Below are positions 61,539-64,000 of a stretch of DNA of 64,000 bases, one piece after another. The DNA comes from Thermodesulfobacteriota bacterium. GTDB taxonomy: Bacteria > Desulfobacterota > Desulfarculia > JACQYL01. Under the pieces are notes generated by a model. That model had not been told where the DNA came from, ran no database searches, and saw only the letters and a program-made list of their open reading frames with translations. The stretch is taken from contig CAXXLZ010000001.1 of assembly GCA_963675595.2 (NCBI GenBank), positions 128,001 to 192,000 of the forward strand, written 5' to 3'. Position 1 is the first letter of the stretch. Each line of letters starts with the position of its first letter. The position numbers and the translations under genes are program-made.

Positions 61539-62567
61539 CTATGGGAGATATTTATCCCGCAAAATATCGGCCATGCCTTTTACAGCCGCAAAAGCATTTT
61601 CCACGGTACGTTCCTTGTCCGGGTTGACCAGACAGCAGGTGGCCGGTGAGAGCATGCTTCGAGCCGTCAGTCGCTCTCGATCAATTCCTTTGGACCACAG
61701 GACCTGCCAGACGCTTTCGAGGCGTTGTATCAAGGAAGGAATTCCTTCTCGTGAGAAGAAATCGGTCCCCGTGGGGACGATGCCCCAGACAAGGGCGCCG
61801 CCGCGGTCCAGGAACTTTCGTATGGAGGCCGCATAGGAGGAGAAAATTTCCGCGTTGGTATACACGTCTAGAGAAAGCACATCGAGGTCCAGGTTAAGGA
61901 GGAAATCCCAGTCCGGGTTTCCGCACAGATGGATGCCTCTGGGGCGGTCCACTTGGGAGAAGAATTCATCCAGATCGGCTTTGGCCTTCAAATCCCCATA
62001 CCCGGCCATGGCGGAAAACAGAAATTGCAGCCCCGGTTCATCCACAAACATAAAGGCATTGGCATTGCGCTGTTTGAGCCTCTCCAGTTGCACGTTCAAC
62101 CGTTTGGCCATGAATTCCAACATGAAGGGCCGAACGGTGTCGTCAAAGAGAATGGGGCGTTCATCTTGATCCAGGATGTTGAACCCGAAGCTGATGGGAC
62201 CCTCCAGCTGCCCTCTGATGGCGGGGCGGTCCGACAAGTCGATCTCCAGAAAGCGGTGATATACCGCCGAATAGGTTTCGCTGATGTCGAAAAGGGCGGG
62301 GTCGTCGAATCGCGTCAACGTGGGTTCCAGTTCTTCCATGAACTTCTCCATGGAGAAGTGCAGGGTCCGTTTTTCAACGTTCAGTACGATTCCGGGAAAA
62401 TGTTCGGCGGCCTGCACGTACATATCCTCGTAATAGCTGTAGTTGGGCAACTGGGGCCAAAAGGGCACGTCCAGTGACAGGGCCGTTTCAAGAGCGCGCG
62501 AAACATCCGTATGCGGCATCACCGCCATGGCGGTGGTGAGCAGGTTGCCCGGGATTGTGGAGTCCAT
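61539..62567 (-). CDS. Short MetE-like (core methionine synthase, catalytic domain only) protein
   Basis: PFWPQLP, RGQLEGP, FVDEP, zinc ligands GIHLCG and PATCC, WGIVPT. Confidence 0.78.
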   Translation of the reverse strand: MDSTIPGNLLTTAMAVMPHTDVSRALETALSLDVPFWPQLPNYSYYEDMYVQAAEHFPGIVLNVEKRTLHFSMEKFMEELEPTLTRFDDPALFDISETYSAVYHRFLEIDLSDRPAIRGQLEGPISFGFNILDQDERPILFDDTVRPFMLEFMAKRLNVQLERLKQRNANAFMFVDEPGLQFLFSAMAGYGDLKAKADLDEFFSQVDRPRGIHLCGNPDWDFLLNLDLDVLSLDVYTNAEIFSSYAASIRKFLDRGGALVWGIVPTGTDFFSREGIPSLIQRLESVWQVLWSKGIDRERLTARSMLSPATCCLVNPDKERTVENAFAAVKGMADILRDKYLP

Positions 62568-62946
62568 TGGCCGTCCTTTGGAGTTATGGTTGGGTAGTCC
62601 GTTTACGTCGCGCGGGAAGCGGATGATATGATCGAAATAAGTACCACACGAGATGTCCGAAATGAAAGGTCGTTTCGGGAGCCGGCGGGTGGATCGGTCG
62701 GAACCCTCGAAGAGGATGGGGCACTGTGTATCGAAGGCGTTAGGGCGGTTCTCCGGAGTCGGATATCCTCTTTATTCTCGACCCATCGCGGTTTGGTGCT
62801 TGACCGGCACCTACAACTTACCCAAAGTGAAGCGGAAAACATGACATTAGAGACGACATGGAAGTCGAAGGCCGGGTCACCATTCCCGAATCGTGCCGGA
62901 AGCACCGGAATTCCGGCCGCCGGGGGAAAAGGAGTCGCGATCCCGA

Positions 62947-63540
62947 ATGCGTTGTCTGATCGTCAAGGCGCATCCTCTTGCAGACAGTCTGTGTTCCTCC
63001 ATTGCTCGACGAGTTGAGGAGGTTCTCCAAGCAGGCGGCCATGAAGTTACTTTGGAAGACCTCTATGCGGAAGGCTTCCAAGCCTCCATGACGCATACGG
63101 AGAGAGCGAGCTATTACGCGGGTCCGTATGTGTCGGAATCCGTGGCGGTCCATGTGGAACGTCTGCTGTCCGCTCAAGCCGTGGTATTGCTGTTTCCCAC
63201 GTGGTGGTTCGGCTTTCCCGCTATTCTGAAAGGTTGGTTCGATCGGGTTTGGGCGCCGGGCACGGCCTATGATCATTCCGACGGATACGGGCCCATCAAA
63301 CCGAGATTGCACGGTCTTCGGGAGATGCTGGTCGTCACTTCCTTGGGGGCTCCCTGGTGGGTGGACCGGTTCGTCATGCGGCAACCGGTGAAGAGAGTGA
63401 TCAAGACCGCCATCATGGGAACCTGCGCTTCGAAATGCCGATTTCGGATGCTCTCGATCTATAAGAGCGAGTCTCTATCGACGGCAAAAGTGGAGAGGTT
63501 CTGGTCTCGCGTCCAAAAGGCGTTGGCCGGGTGGGAATAA
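62947..63540 (+). CDS. Flavodoxin-like NAD(P)H:quinone oxidoreductase
   Basis: AHP..SL, DLYAEGF, FPTWWFGFPAILKGWFDRV. Confidence 0.92.
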   Translation: MRCLIVKAHPLADSLCSSIARRVEEVLQAGGHEVTLEDLYAEGFQASMTHTERASYYAGPYVSESVAVHVERLLSAQAVVLLFPTWWFGFPAILKGWFDRVWAPGTAYDHSDGYGPIKPRLHGLREMLVVTSLGAPWWVDRFVMRQPVKRVIKTAIMGTCASKCRFRMLSIYKSESLSTAKVERFWSRVQKALAGWE

Positions 63541-63686
63541 AGCCGGCCGATGGAGAATCGAGGTACGCTTCATTTGGAGCGGCGATACTCCGTACTAAGG
63601 CGGTGCCTCAACGGAGTCGTTCCGCTATAGAAGGCCTGATGAAGTCCAGATAGTCGGCCGGCGGGATCTCGTTCGCATGGCCGGTG

Positions 63687-64000
63687 TCAGTTTTCATTCT
63701 TCCCCAAGACTCTATGAATGGCATCGGTGAGTTGATACGTACTGACGGGCTTGGTGATCAACTCGGTTATGCCCAGGTCCCTGGCGGCGACTTCGATGGT
63801 CTTGCCGAGATAGCCGGACATGAGAATGACGGGAATGGATATCCCCGCCTCCTTAAGGGCGCTTATCAGGTCCAACCCGCTGAGCTTGGGCATGGAATAG
63901 TCTGTGACGATGACGTCGAAATCGGCGGGGTTCTCTTTGATCGCCGTCAGTGCGTCTACGCTGTCCGTGAAGGAGGTCACCGTATAGCCGCAATTGACCA
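63687..64000 (-). CDS. C-terminal receiver domain of a response regulator or hybrid kinase (partial)
   Basis: FDVIVTDYSMPKLSG, PVILMSG, ITKP; frame runs off the window end. Confidence 0.85.
   Translation of the reverse strand, partial: VNCGYTVTSFTDSVDALTAIKENPADFDVIVTDYSMPKLSGLDLISALKEAGISIPVILMSGYLGKTIEVAARDLGITELITKPVSTYQLTDAIHRVLGKNEN

Overview
GC-rich bacterial window whose gene content and intergenic repeats suggest an anaerobic deltaproteobacterium (Desulfobacterota; inferred). Left (1-19 kb): a thiolase-like gene followed by pyrrolysine-biosynthesis genes pylC and pylD (no pylB, pylS or pylT seen), a CbbQ/NorQ AAA+ with a CbbO/NorD VWA partner, and an MtaA/CmuA-type methyltransferase. 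Next come two CobW/COG0523 GTPases, one with an in-frame UGA and a SECIS-like hairpin (probable selenoprotein), and a sigma54 activator with two recognisable target promoters. Middle (19.5-33 kb): intact comM/yifB followed by an accessory island punctuated by a repeated 160-bp IS110-end/33-bp-terminus chimera; it carries TetR, a SAM methyltransferase, a peptide ABC transporter, a damaged MNT-HEPN pair and a lower-GC 754-aa GTPase. Right (36-57.5 kb): four tandem large exported proteins with mosaic head/tail structure, an ORF-deleted group II intron and a stand-alone copy of one of their domains. The window ends with small redox and metabolic genes. No CRISPR array, rRNA or tRNA was found.
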